A model generated the notes under the pieces. It was not told where the DNA came from. It worked only from the letters and a program-made list of their open reading frames with translations, and ran no database searches. Made by a program: the position numbers and the translations under genes. Below, one piece after another: positions 21,220-32,720 of a stretch of DNA of 37,930 nucleotides. The stretch comes from Nemertoderma westbladi. Lineage: Eukaryota; Animalia; Xenacoelomorpha. The stretch lies in contig JAUCBJ010005787.1 of the NCBI GenBank assembly GCA_032718475.1, forward strand, positions 1 to 37,930, written 5' to 3'. Position 1 is the first letter of the stretch. Each line of letters starts with the position of its first letter.

Positions 21220-21725
21220 TTTTGCCATGCTGAACACATGTGCCATGTGCCACATGCTAAAAAAGTGTAACTTCTGTACAACTGGATAATTCTAAACTAC
21301 TTTTAATGGAATCAGCTTCTTTGAAAACCTATAAAAACCGCAAATGGCACATTTCTATTAAGCTTTAGCGATTTTTATATTTTGTACCATGTACCAAATA
21401 AAAGTGCCATTTGCCACATGCTAAAAAGTGGCACTTCTGTGCTACTATGAATTTGAAAACTTTTGTTTGCTAAAGATTCAGCACCCTGTTAAACCTTGTG
21501 GAACCGAAATTTGTCCTTTTCTTTCTGTGTTTATTGTGTTTGCCAAATATGCAAATTTTGGCACGTGCCAGAAATGGCACAAAGACACCTTTCGAGAATT
21601 TGAGACCCATCTCATAAAATTCGCCGCTATCGAAAACCCGAACAGGTGAAAAATAGTGCCCTAACTATGAATACTTTTCAAAATAATGCATTTTGGCCAC
21701 AAAACATTGTTTCTGGCCCACTGTG
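21220..21725. mobile_element. Transib/Chapaev-like non-autonomous transposon end
   Basis: Ends in GGCCCACTGTG (CACAGTGGGCC on minus); internal ~165-bp spaced repeats (tgccacatgctaaaaagtg..acttctgt at about 21248 and 21412); partner TIR not found; left boundary approximate. Confidence 0.5.
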
Positions 21726-22766
21726 CAATGGGGTTACCAAATAATGAGGTACCAAACAATGGGGTACCAAACATTGGGGTACCAAACAATGGCAATGGGG
21801 TAACCAAGCAATGGGGTACCAAACAATTGGTTACCAAACAATGGGGTTACCAAACAATGGGGAATCAAACAATGTGGTACCAAACAATGGGGTTACCAAA
21901 CAATATGTTACCAAATAATGGGGTTACCAAACAATGGTGTACCAAACAATGGGGTTACCAAACAATGGGGTTACCAAACAATGGGGCTACCAAACAATGG
22001 GGTTACCAAACAATGGCGATACCAAACAATGGGGCTACCAAACAATGGGGTTACCAAACAATGGGGTACCAAACAATGGGGTTACCAAACAATGGGGTAC
22101 CAAACAATGTGTTACCAAACAATGGGGTTACCAAACAATGGGGCTACCAAACAATGGGATGCCAAACAATGGGGTTACCAAACAATGGGGTTACCAAACA
22201 ATGGGGTACCAAACAATGGGGTACCAAACAATGGGGTTACCAAACAAAGGGGTACCAAACAATGGGCTACCAAACAATGGGATACCAAACAATGGGGTTA
22301 CCATACAATGGGGTTACCAAACAATGGGGTACCAATCAATGGGGTTACCAAACAATGGTGTTACCAAATAATGAGGTACCAAACAATGGCGTTACCAAAC
22401 AATGATGTTACCAAACAATGTGGTACCAAAAAATGGGGTTACCAAATAATGGGGTACCAAACCATTGGGTTACCAAACAATGGGGTTACCACACAATGGG
22501 GTTACCAAACAATGGGGTACCAATCAATGGGGTTACCAAACAATGGGGTTACCAAACAATGGGGTTACCACACAATGGGGTTACCAAACATTTGGGTACC
22601 AATCAATGGGGTTACCAAACAATGGGGTTACCAAACAATGGGGTACCAAACAATGGGGTTACCACACAATGGGGTTACCAAACAATGGGGTACCAATAAA
22701 TGGGGTTACCATACAATGGGGTTACCAAACAATCGGCTAACAAACAATGGTGTTACCAAAAAATGG
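21726..22766. repeat. 15/16-bp G-tract minisatellite, ~65 copies
   Basis: caatgggg(t)taccaaa. Confidence 0.97.
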
Positions 22767-23971
22767 ATGTCGCTTGCTCTGCCCTGGGGGCTTTTGCTGA
22801 AGGCATTGAACTGTTCGGTTTAATGTGATAGCAAATCAATATCAATAACCATTAGATTCTCAGCTCCTAACCTCTTGTAACAAAGAACTGAATTTTTTGA
22901 AAGGATTTGAAACCATTCTGATTCCTTTGTTACTAGATTATCTTGTTGCTATAGAATTCGGGATTACATTGATTATAATTGGAGTAAATAACTTTCTATA
23001 TTTCTCTCTTTTTTTTTAAAACATTCTTTGCCTAAAAATTCCCAAAAAAAAACGGGATGAAACTGCTAGCCTTGTTCCTGTGTAGGAGATTTGTATTAAT
23101 TTATGGATTAAAAAAATTAATTTATTGCCCGAGGGGAAGTATGTATTGTACATAACAAATATATGTGAAATGAACTTTCATCTCATCAACACATCCAAGA
23201 AAACACTAATGCCATTCATTACACAAACACACTAGTAGTGTAGGTTCACTAATCTGATAAGAGGACAGAACATGCCCGTCACAAGTGTATTGCCCATTTT
23301 CACCCAATGCAACGGTCAGAACGACCCAGAACTAATCTGCTTCACATATATAATCGTTACTATATATATATATGGGGTATTCAAGAGGTACCTAGAGGAT
23401 TCAACAACATTATCAATGTTGTCACGATTCCACTGTTATCGGACAATGAATACCAATCATTCAGATTCGAAAAAATATCCTCATATTGTTCGTGCAATAT
23501 AAGACACATAATATGCATTCATTCACAATTAGAAATGCATGACTGATAAAAATAATTTACTTAAAAATAATTTACAATAAAAATAATTTACTTAAAAATA
23601 ATTTACTTAAAAATAATTTACTATAAAGCAATATGGAATTAGGGCTGATATGTGGAATATAATATGAAAATTAATATTTTTAATCAGTTATAATAAATTT
23701 AATATTGTAATAATTTAATTATAATATTTGGCCGATATATAAAGAGTATATTGTATTTGAGTTATTTGCAGCTTGTTTAGTATTATGTATCTATTATTGA
23801 CTAATTTCAACAATTCTCGACTCAACACCTGATTGTTATAATTAACATCAAAGTTATAAATAAAAATTCCAGAGTGACAATGTAACTATAAATTATAACT
23901 AAATCAATAATGAACTCGATAACTTCTTCATGACAATATTCAACGGATCTGCGCGCTAATGGTGGTAAGCG

Positions 23972-24162
23972 ATGGAGTATAAACGTAACCCCACCCGCAC
24001 ACCCCAGTCGTCTATTTGGGCTCGTTCGCTGACAGCCAAACAATCGAGTCTGGATGTTAGCGGCGTCCAGGAGTCTATGTGGGTACGAGCTCGCACAATG
24101 GACGCACATCCCCTGAGACTGGGAAAAAGTTTTGAAGCAATAACGACGCCGACCAGGCCAAG
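23972..24162 (+). CDS. Putative first coding exon of an unidentified host gene
   Basis: GC/CpG-richer island in AT-rich flanks, ATG with an in-frame stop just upstream, 63 codons + 2 nt ending at a consensus donor AAG|GTAAGT. No homology recognised. Confidence 0.45.
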
Positions 24163-26345
24163 GTAAGTTCATAGATCCTCATACGTCATAAACGACGTCG
24201 ACCAGTCCAAGGTAAGTTAATAGAACATCATACATTAAAAATGACGTCGACCAGGCCAAGCTAAGTTCATAGAACATCATATGTCATCAGTGACATCGAC
24301 CAGGCGAAGGTAAGTTCATAGATCCTCATACGTCATCAATGGCGTCGACCAGTCCAAGGTAAGCTCATAGAAAATCATACGTCATCAATGACATCGACCA
24401 GGCCAAGGGTCGACCAGTCCAAGGTAAGATCATAGAACATCATACGTTATCAATGACGTCGACCAGGCCAAGGTAAGTTCATAGATCCTCCTCATACATC
24501 ATTAACGACGTCGACCAGGCCAAGGTAAGTTCATAGAACATCATATGTCATCAATTACATCGACCAGGCCAAGGGTCGACCAGTCCAAGGTAAGTTCATA
24601 GAACATCATACGTTATCAATGACGTCGACCAGGCCAAGGTAAGTTCATAGATCCTCCTCATACATCATTAACGACGCCGACCAGTCCAAGGTAAGTTCAT
24701 AGAACATCATACGTCATCAATGACATCGACCAGGCCAAGCTAAGTTCATAGAACATCATACATCATCAATGAAATTGACCAGTACAAGGTAAGTTCATAG
24801 AACATCATACGTTATCAATGATGTCGACCAGGCCAAGCTAAGTTCATAGAACATCATACGTCATCAATGACATTGACCAGCCCAAGGTAAGTTCATAGAT
24901 CCTCCTCATACATCATTAACGACGTCGACCAGGCCAAGGTAAGTTCATAGAACATCATATGTCATCAATTACATCGACCAGGCCAAGGGTCGACCAGTCC
25001 AAGGTAAGTTCATAGAACATCATACATTATCAATGATATTGACCAGTCCAAGGTAAGTTCATAGAACATCATACATTATCAATGATATTGACCAGTCCAA
25101 GGTAAGTTCATAGAACATCATACGTTATCAATGACGTCGACCAGGCCAAGGTAAGTTCATAGATCCTCATACGTCATCAATGACATTGACCAGCCCAAGG
25201 TAAGTTCATAGATCCTCCTCATACATCATTAACGACGTCGACCAGGCCAAGGTCAGTTCATAGAACATCATACGTTATCAATGACGTCGACCAGGCCAAG
25301 GTAAGTTCATAGATCCTCCTCATACATCATTAACGACGTCGACCAGGCCAAGGTAAGTTCATAGATCCTCCTCATACATCATTAACGACGTCGACCAGGC
25401 CAAGGTAAGTTCATAGAACATCATACGTTATCAATGACGTCGACCAGGCCAAGGTAAGTTCATAGATCCTCCTCATAATCATTAACGACGTCTACCAGGC
25501 CAAGGTAATTTCATAGAACATCATATGTCATCAATGACATCGACCAGGCCAAGGGTCGACCAGTCCAAGGTAAGTTCATAGAACATCATACGTTATCAAT
25601 GACGTCGACCAGGCCAAGGTAAGTTCATAGATCCTCCTCATACATCATTAACGATGTCGACCAGTCCAGTCCAAGTTAAGTTCATAGAACATCATACGTC
25701 ATCAATGACATCGACCAGGCCAAGCTAAGTTCATAGAACATCATACATCATCAATGAAATTGACCAGTACAAGGTAAGTTCATAGAACATCATACGTTAT
25801 CAATGATGTCGACCAGGCCAAGCTAAGTTCATAGAACATCATACATCATCAATGACATTGACCAGTCCAAGGTAAGTTCATAGAACATCACACGTCATCA
25901 ATGACATTGACCAGCCCAAGGTAAGTTCATAGAACATCATACGTTATCAATGACGTCGACCAGGCCAAGGTAAGTTCATAGAACATCATACGTCATCAAT
26001 GACATTGACCAGTCCAAGGTAAGTTCATAGAACATCATACGTTATCAATGACGTCGACCAGGGCAAGGTAAGTTCATAGTACTTCATATTATCAATGATG
26101 TCGACCAGTCCAAGGTAAGATCATAGAACATCATACGTCATCAATGATGTCGACCAGGCTAAGGTAAGTTCATAGAACATCATACGTTATCAATGACGTC
26201 GACCAGGCCAAGGTAAGTTCATAGATCCTCATACGTCATCAATGACGTCGACCAGGCCAAGGTAAGTTCATAGAACATCATACATTATCAATGATATTGA
26301 CCAGTCCAAGGTAAGTTCATAGAACATCATACGTTATCAATGACA
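24142..26345 (+). repeat. 49-bp satellite (~44 copies) carrying a 5' splice-site consensus in most units
   Basis: gacgtcgaccaggccaag|gtaagttcatagaacatcatacgtcatcaat, with 52-bp and partial-duplication variants. Confidence 0.97.
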
Positions 26346-26970
26346 CATGTTTAATTATCCCAAATTATACAATATCATAAACAATTACCGTAACATTAAT
26401 CATCAAAAAATAGATGTGCTAAAAGTCACCTAAATGTTCTATAGGTAGGTATTGTTCTGCTGTTTCATCCAGTTAACAAATACCATCACCGGAAGTTGCA
26501 CACTATTAAATTTGCCCAATGTCTGAACTAACAGATATTGGGTGGCTTCCATTTAATGCTACAGTAAGCCAGTGTTATCTGCAAAGTTAAGTTCCATGTA
26601 AACGAAAGTGCCATATTTGTGGCATCTGTGTCTGGCTGAAATACTAGATTTAATCAATTATCTTTGATCTTTGAGTGTTATTTACCCATACCATAGAAAC
26701 CACATCTCGAAACAAAATGCAACCACATCTGGTAACAGCAACCCCCCATCGTTTATTGTATAAATTATAAAAACTAGTGAATTCTGGAACAGATTTCACT
26801 CAGTGTCTATCAAATGTCCTTTTTAATAAATTATTGTTAATTTGGTTCAGTAATTAGTGCATGTTTTATGTTCCTTCGATATTTCACTCTGTTGTCTATA
26901 GACTTCAACCAGAGTCCGTCGTTAAACGAGGGCTGCCTATAACATCCAGTGATTTTGTGATCTTATCCAT

Positions 26971-27240
26971 TAATTAATGATCAATGATTTAATATTAAGG
27001 TTTTGTTCAGAAATGAAAAAATTAGGAAGCACGTCACCAGGTGTTGAAGGATACTCAAGGCGGCGTTCAATAGAAGTGGATTAGATGGGAGAGTATCAGG
27101 TGCAAGTGGCTGAAGCTATTAGCGCTACTGATGAGACCTGAATAGCCGATACGTAAGTATGGCGCTTGTTTAACCCCCGGTAATGTGTCTCCTCATTTTT
27201 TCCATTTCTGAACAAAACTATAATATTAAATCATTAATTA
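26971..27240. mobile_element. Fold-back element, probably inverted Penelope-like pseudo-LTR fragments
   Basis: About 65-bp imperfect inverted arms (aatgatttaatatta..gttttgttcagaaatg.aaaaa at 26983; reverse complement ending 27235) around a hammerhead-like motif. Confidence 0.65.
27121..27166 (+). ncRNA. Degenerate type I hammerhead ribozyme
   Basis: AGCGCTA-CTGATGA-GACCTGAATAGCC-GATAC-GTAA-GTA-TGGCGCT: 7-bp stem I, CUGAUGA core, short stem III, GUA triplet; GAAA altered to GATA and stem II imperfect. Confidence 0.65.
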
Positions 27241-27371
27241 AAGTTTCTAATTACATTAACATCTCAACTCCAAGTCTTTGCAATTAATTATCAATGCAAT
27301 TACTATAACATCAATGGTTACTGTAATAAGTAATAATATTATATTTCATACTTCATAAATTACTTAAATAT

Positions 27372-28024
27372 ATTATAGAACATAGTTAACAGACGCCAAT
27401 GTAATTATAGAACATAGTTAACAGACGCCAATGTAATTATAGAACATAGTTAACAGACACCAATGTAATTAAAGAACGTAGTTAACAGACACCAATGTAA
27501 TTAAAGAACATAGTTAACAGACACCAATGTAATTATGGAACATAGTTAACAGACGCCAATGTAATTATAGAACATAGTTAACAGACGCCAATGTAATTAT
27601 AGAACATAGTTAACAGACGCCAATGTAATTATAGAACATAGTTAACAGACGCCAATGTAATTATAGAACATAGTTAACAGACACCAATGTAATTAAAGAA
27701 CGTAGTTAACAGACACCAATGTAATTAAAGAACATAGTTAACAGACACCAATGTAATTATAGAACATAGTTAACAGACGCCAATGTAATTATAGAACATA
27801 GTTAACAGACGCCAATGTAATTATAGAACATAGTTAACAGACGCCAATGTAATTATAGAACATAGTTAACAGACGCCAATGTAATTATAGAACATAGTTA
27901 ACAGACACCAATGTAATTAAAGAACATAGTTAACAGACACCAATGTAATTAAAGAACATAGTTAACAGACACCAATGTAAGTATAGAACATAGTTAACAG
28001 ACACTAATGTAAGTATAGAACATA
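27372..28024. repeat. 32-bp satellite, ~20 copies
   Basis: atta(t/a)agaacatagttaacagac(g/a)ccaatgta. Confidence 0.97.
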
Positions 28025-28075
28025 TATATATAATGCATAAATAATATAGTGAACTAAACCTTATTAATTCGAGGG

Positions 28076-28160
28076 AAAACACCTTTAACTATAATAAAAC
28101 ACCTTTAACTATAATAAAACACCTTTAACTATAATAAAACACCTTAAACTATATTAAAAC
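28076..28160. repeat. 20-bp tandem repeat x4
   Basis: aaaacacctttaactataat. Confidence 0.9.
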
Positions 28161-28666
28161 AACACATAGATTTAACAGCAAATTGTCAGGTGCTTCACAA
28201 TTTGGGTCCCTCAAAAATATTAAATTTATACGTTTTAGTATTTTGACGTGTGATGTTGTTTGATAGTTCCGCCATATCTAACCCAAATAAAACATTGGTG
28301 GAAGGACCGAATGAGCCCCCCTCCCCATCTTAGGTCTAAACAACAAGTGCTACAATAATAGGGTTTAATTCACAAAAGAATATATTTCTAAAAAGGTTCC
28401 AAAAGCAAAATAAATGTCTCGATTAAATATTAGGCCCTCCTTTTCTACCATCGGTTGGTTTTTAGACGAAATTAAACTAAATTTATACATATTAAAATGA
28501 AACATAAATTAATTGTGGTATGTTTTGAGCAAGAACTTTCGTAAATCATTAATGATTCATTTATTATTAGTTTTATTTATTATTAGTATAATAATAATTA
28601 TAATTATATATATTTCGAGTACTGTATAATTAGTCTGGGGGGCGGATTAGTTCTACTGTTTACAGA

Positions 28667-29683
28667 TTAGTTGGGCTTTGGTAACCCGGCAACAATAGAT
28701 GATTCGATTCCACATTCATCAGATCCACGTAGAATACGGAACAGACCATGGTCTCCCCAATCTGTGTTCCATGAGTTTACTACCAACCAATAGGGAATGT
28801 GCTCGTACCAGCCCCATCCAATGATCTTCACTGCATGTCCACCCAACTCTTCTCCAGTTACATGTCGGTAGACACCGTGCTTGTATTGAACAAAATCAGC
28901 ATAGACTGTAAAGGCCGCCTCTACTGGTCCGTTGGTCATTATTTCCTGCTGAATTTGTGTCACATCAGAACCAATCTCGTAGGATTTCCCACCAAAGTGT
29001 TTATCTTCAGGGTAGCTCACCTTGTAATATGGAAGGCATTTGTTAACGCAGGCTGGTGTTTTATCTTCGCCATTGCATGGAGGTCGAGTACCATTTACAT
29101 GGTGCTCACATTGTGCTATACTATAAGGCCGACAGCCTTGATTGGAGGAATACTGACCACCAGTAACGATCCCCGTTCTAAGCCAGTAATCAAAGGCAGC
29201 CGCGGGATATCCACCTTGGCAACCGGCCCCACACTCACTACAGCACGAGAGAAGATCCTCCGCAGACATATGAACATTTTTCGTTCCGTTGCTGTGGATA
29301 CAGATGCGGTCCGACATGGTCTCTACGGCTCCAAAGGCCCAACAGGAGCCACACGAACCCTGGTCCCTCACTTCCCGCAGTGTTGGGCAGTTCGGCCAGT
29401 TCTGGCGGGAATCAAATTCCTTAGGTAACGCCCCGTCACCAGTTACAGCAACACTCAATGTTGGTAGGATTTTAGGACCGTTCAAAATGGTTCCCATAAG
29501 CCTTTTAACATCTTTCAAACTCCAGCCTCTGTGCTCGAAGTTCTTACCAGCGGTCCATGTCGTGTTTAGTTCATTTATGTAATTTATAATATTGTCGGTG
29601 AGAGGCTGATGGAGCTCATACGGTATAACTCCTCCATTCACAGATGTAATGAAAAGAAATAACGCAATGCTAATTACCTTCAT
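28667..29683 (-). CDS. CTSB: Cathepsin B (papain family C1A cysteine protease), intronless coding sequence
   Basis: Signal peptide, TTWTAGKNF propeptide, LPKEFDSR mature start, [10 protein letters not shown], occluding loop [32 protein letters not shown]; uninterrupted 338 aa. Confidence 0.97.
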   Translation of the reverse strand: MKVISIALFLFITSVNGGVIPYELHQPLTDNIINYINELNTTWTAGKNFEHRGWSLKDVKRLMGTILNGPKILPTLSVAVTGDGALPKEFDSRQNWPNCPTLREVRDQGSCGSCWAFGAVETMSDRICIHSNGTKNVHMSAEDLLSCCSECGAGCQGGYPAAAFDYWLRTGIVTGGQYSSNQGCRPYSIAQCEHHVNGTRPPCNGEDKTPACVNKCLPYYKVSYPEDKHFGGKSYEIGSDVTQIQQEIMTNGPVEAAFTVYADFVQYKHGVYRHVTGEELGGHAVKIIGWGWYEHIPYWLVVNSWNTDWGDHGLFRILRGSDECGIESSIVAGLPKPN

Positions 29684-29771
29684 TTTACGAAGTTATAACT
29701 GTATAAAATATTATTACATTGCTTAATATCTTAGATTGTATTAATAATATGCAATACATTGAATGACGTCT

Positions 29772-29784
29772 CCTATTTATATAG
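29772..29784 (-). promoter_or_regulatory. TATA box of cathepsin B gene
   Basis: CTATATAAATAGG about 90-100 nt upstream of the ATG; AATAAA signals at 28560-28577 downstream of the stop. Confidence 0.55.
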
Positions 29785-30789
29785 AATGCAACTGTAAATA
29801 TCGATCAAGTTGTTCGATCAAGTACAAGTTTTTCTAAACATGTCATGTGATAACTGGTGGCAAGGTTAATGGAAATTAGATAAGAATTATTCGTAAACTC
29901 ACCATATCTTATGTTTACATTAGTTATTTGATGTTTTGAAGACTGACAATGAACTCTGACCAGTATACCAAGAGATTAAATTTGACTTCCGAGCATTTTG
30001 TATCCACTTTCAAAATATTGATATGACAAAATATATTGATACATAACTTTCAATCCCCGCTAACATGACCTGTTCATAGAAAATAAATAATAATTATATT
30101 GCGATACAACTGTTATGGGTAACCAATTAATTACAACACCGATCGTGGAAAAGTGAATTGAGAAGTAACTGAAAGCACCAAACCGCAGGCAGAGAATGTA
30201 TGAAGGCATACTTGTATCACTGTATTGAAGTTTGAAGCCTGGTGGAATAGAACCCATTATACATCCCAAGATATTCATATTCTGTAGGTAAATTTATCCA
30301 TCAGGGTTTGTTCATCATGTTCATGTTCATGGTTAATTATTGTCAAATTTCAACCCTCATTCTCCTGGCCTCATATAAAATCATGTTGGGTCAAGATGGA
30401 ACCCGTTGTGCGTGAGCAGTCAGAAGCAGGAAATGTGGTGGGGTTGCAGTGTGATGTGGGGAAATGGGGAGTGTTTAACATACATTCTCAGGCGTTGTTC
30501 GATATTCGATGATCCAATCTTGACGCGGACTCATATGTTACTCGCTCTAACATGTCCGTATTGGAGGCTGCTGACAATAAGAAGAAGTGACTGTACTCTG
30601 TTTGAGTCACAGCAAGTCGAGGAGAGGTCTCGCCTTTCGTGGTTTTCTGTGATGGAATGATGGCCCCACAGGCGGACAGACTTCTACAACTACTACTACT
30701 ACTACTACTACGATCAGCATGCTGCATTGCAGCTGCATTATTTATATATTACATATATATTCAGAATGATGTGCCAGCTTGTTAGGGTT

Positions 30790-31021
30790 CCACCTTGGTG
30801 TAGTGGTTGCATTGAATTCACATCTCCTGTAGGTCGTGGGTTCGATCCTCACATGGGCCAGGGCAGTTTTCGTTTCGGCACGAATGCTTGCATCCTTAAG
30901 TGGTAGCTAAATGAGTACTAGAGTTTCCTCTGGGGAGTAAAGTTCTGGGGGGACCGCACTGGAAATAAGTCGTCAGACTTTGTGCGTAATCCCTGGCCTA
31001 GTGGCCGAAGAAACTTTACTT
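30790..31021 (+). mobile_element. tRNA-derived SINE (family A)
   Basis: A box TGGTGTAGTGG, B box GGTTCGATCC, central CATCCTT...TAAATGAGTAC motif, tail ending ACTTTACTT. Confidence 0.75.
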
Positions 31022-31450
31022 GTCAACAACATTGCGCCACCACAATTCCCTATCACCCATGACATTTGCTAGATCATCCACATTTTCAAGGTCAGTGCCT
31101 TTTAAGATGCATCTTAAGAAAGTCATGGGCTGCCCACCATGCTTATTCGCTCCATGAGGTTGGCAAAGCACAAGAAAAGATGTCCTACAAAGCGGAGGCG
31201 GTTCCATTCAAGTGTCAAGCTAGGGGAGACAAATGGAACACTCCAATGTTGTACAGAGTCGGATTGGAGATGTGTTCATTCTACTTGGCCCAATGAACCT
31301 GGCGCAGCATTCTTGTAAAAGTGTCATCCAGAGATTTGGTATTCTCTGCAGTTACAGCCCAGCATGGACTCCCACATAATAGTACTGGTACTACTATATT
31401 GCCATAAATAATCGAACCTTAAGGTTCCGTTTTATTCTATGGGACTTCCA
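31016..31450 (-). pseudogene. Decayed 3' end of an RTE-like LINE ORF2
   Basis: KVRLF...WAVT...SLDDTFTRMLR...HISNPTLY...QPHG..GGQPMTF...MGDRELW, resembling the RTE post-RT C-terminus. Confidence 0.75.
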
Positions 31451-31525
31451 GCCAGGTGTGGATGGTTCATACAGTTATATAAAGAGTTCGATGTTTCTGT
31501 AGACTATAATACTATAAGACTATAA

Positions 31526-31759
31526 GGCGGGATAGCTCAGTTGGTTGAGCACCGGGTCTGCAATCTAATGGTTGTAGGTTCAGCCCCGCCAGGGTCCACT
31601 CAGTCTTTCATCCACTACGGTCGATAAAATGAGTACCAGTTAAATAACTGGCAGCAAATCTTGGGATAAGAGTAGCGCCCACCCCTACTCTCGGGTAGCA
31701 GCTATCGAAAGAGGAGCCTTCGAGTCGCCTCCGGCTTCGGCCGACTGTTTGCTTGCTTG
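31526..31759 (+). mobile_element. tRNA-derived SINE (family B)
   Basis: GGCGGGATAGCTCAGTTGG head, GGTTCA B-box-like, CTTTCATCC..GGTCGATAAAATGAGTACCAG core, (GCTT)n tail, flanked by taga(c/t)tataat direct repeats. Confidence 0.8.
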
Positions 31760-32269
31760 TAGATTATAATATGAATATTGAACATCTGTAGACTATAATA
31801 TGAATATTGAACGTGGATAATAGTAAAGTAGTAAACATAATTGAATATTAAACTGATGGTGGATAATAAATGTACTAATTGATTCTTAATGGTTGCTAAC
31901 TGACCAGTACAAATTAGTTCCCTACATCATATCTAAATGCTCACACAACTGCTTAATAATGACTACCACCATCCTTTCCAATGCTGAGGTTCTGATTGGC
32001 CTAGCATTTGTGTCAGCTGATTAATTTCCAGCTACCAAACCTGGCCTTCTCTGTAGTTACATGGATACACATATTGTTCACATTATTACCTACAATATAC
32101 TGCACCTAAGTTACTTGTGTAATATATTTAGTGCCAACTAAATCTATCATTGTTGTTTTGGGTTGCCCATCTGGGTTGGCTTCCCTTCCATTGGCCACTT
32201 TGTTTATTGCTTAACACTCTCCAGTAGCTTTGGTCGCTACGGTAACAGCAAGTTATAAGTGAATATAAG

Positions 32270-32720
32270 CGGGTCAAGCGGGCCCACTACCAGGAGGCCT
32301 GCGAATCCCGCAGGATGCACTTCACCCCGTTGGTGTGTTCCACCGACGGTGTGTGGGGTGCGGAGGCGCCTGTATTCATCCGGCACCTTGCGGAGACCCT
32401 ATGCTCTAAGAGGGTCGGGATGAGACAGCGGGGTTTGGGAGAGGTTTTGGGTGCGGTGAGGCGGCGGCTGCAGTTTGGTCTCCTTCGGGCGACCTCTCTG
32501 TGCCTCCGGGGTGGTAGGAGGCCATGGCGGGGCCTCGGGTTTGGGGATGGGGCGGGGATTCGGGGTGTTGACCCAGATATGTATTGAATACATATCTGTT
32601 TCTTTATTGTAAATATTTATTGTTAACCTGTGCTTCTATCTCAATTACTCTACTTAATTAATTTGTGATCATTTGTGCTTCGCCTGATTTTATAATTTAG
32701 TAATGGAATAATAAATTGAT
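32270..32720 (+). pseudogene. 3' fragment of a CRE-like non-LTR element (restriction-like endonuclease C-terminus plus 3' UTR)
   Basis: KRAHYQEAC...FTPLVCSTDGVWGAEA..FIRHLA...RRRLQFGLLRATSLCLRG. Confidence 0.8.

Noticed and set aside
16624-22823. Repetitive ORFs (YLPLTLTKVV, SASGYSQRAATV, MGLPNNGVTKQWGYQT)
   Set aside because: By-products of satellite units with few or no stop codons; unit lengths of 28, 17 and 16 bp are not multiples of 3 and frames shift freely.
26902-26977. Second exon in phase with the 24162 donor (RLQPESVVKRGLPITSSDF)
   Set aside because: The acceptor and phase fit, but there is no convincing donor or homology and it runs into the fold-back element; too speculative to annotate.
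16433-28024. Tandem arrays as CRISPR arrays
   Set aside because: Units are contiguous with no unique spacers, there are no cas genes, and the context is eukaryotic.
30400-30712. LINE 3' end with a CCHC-like remnant and (CTA)n tail
   Set aside because: Only a faint resemblance (CSVMWGNGECLTYILRRC); the His is absent and the sequence is too decayed to call.
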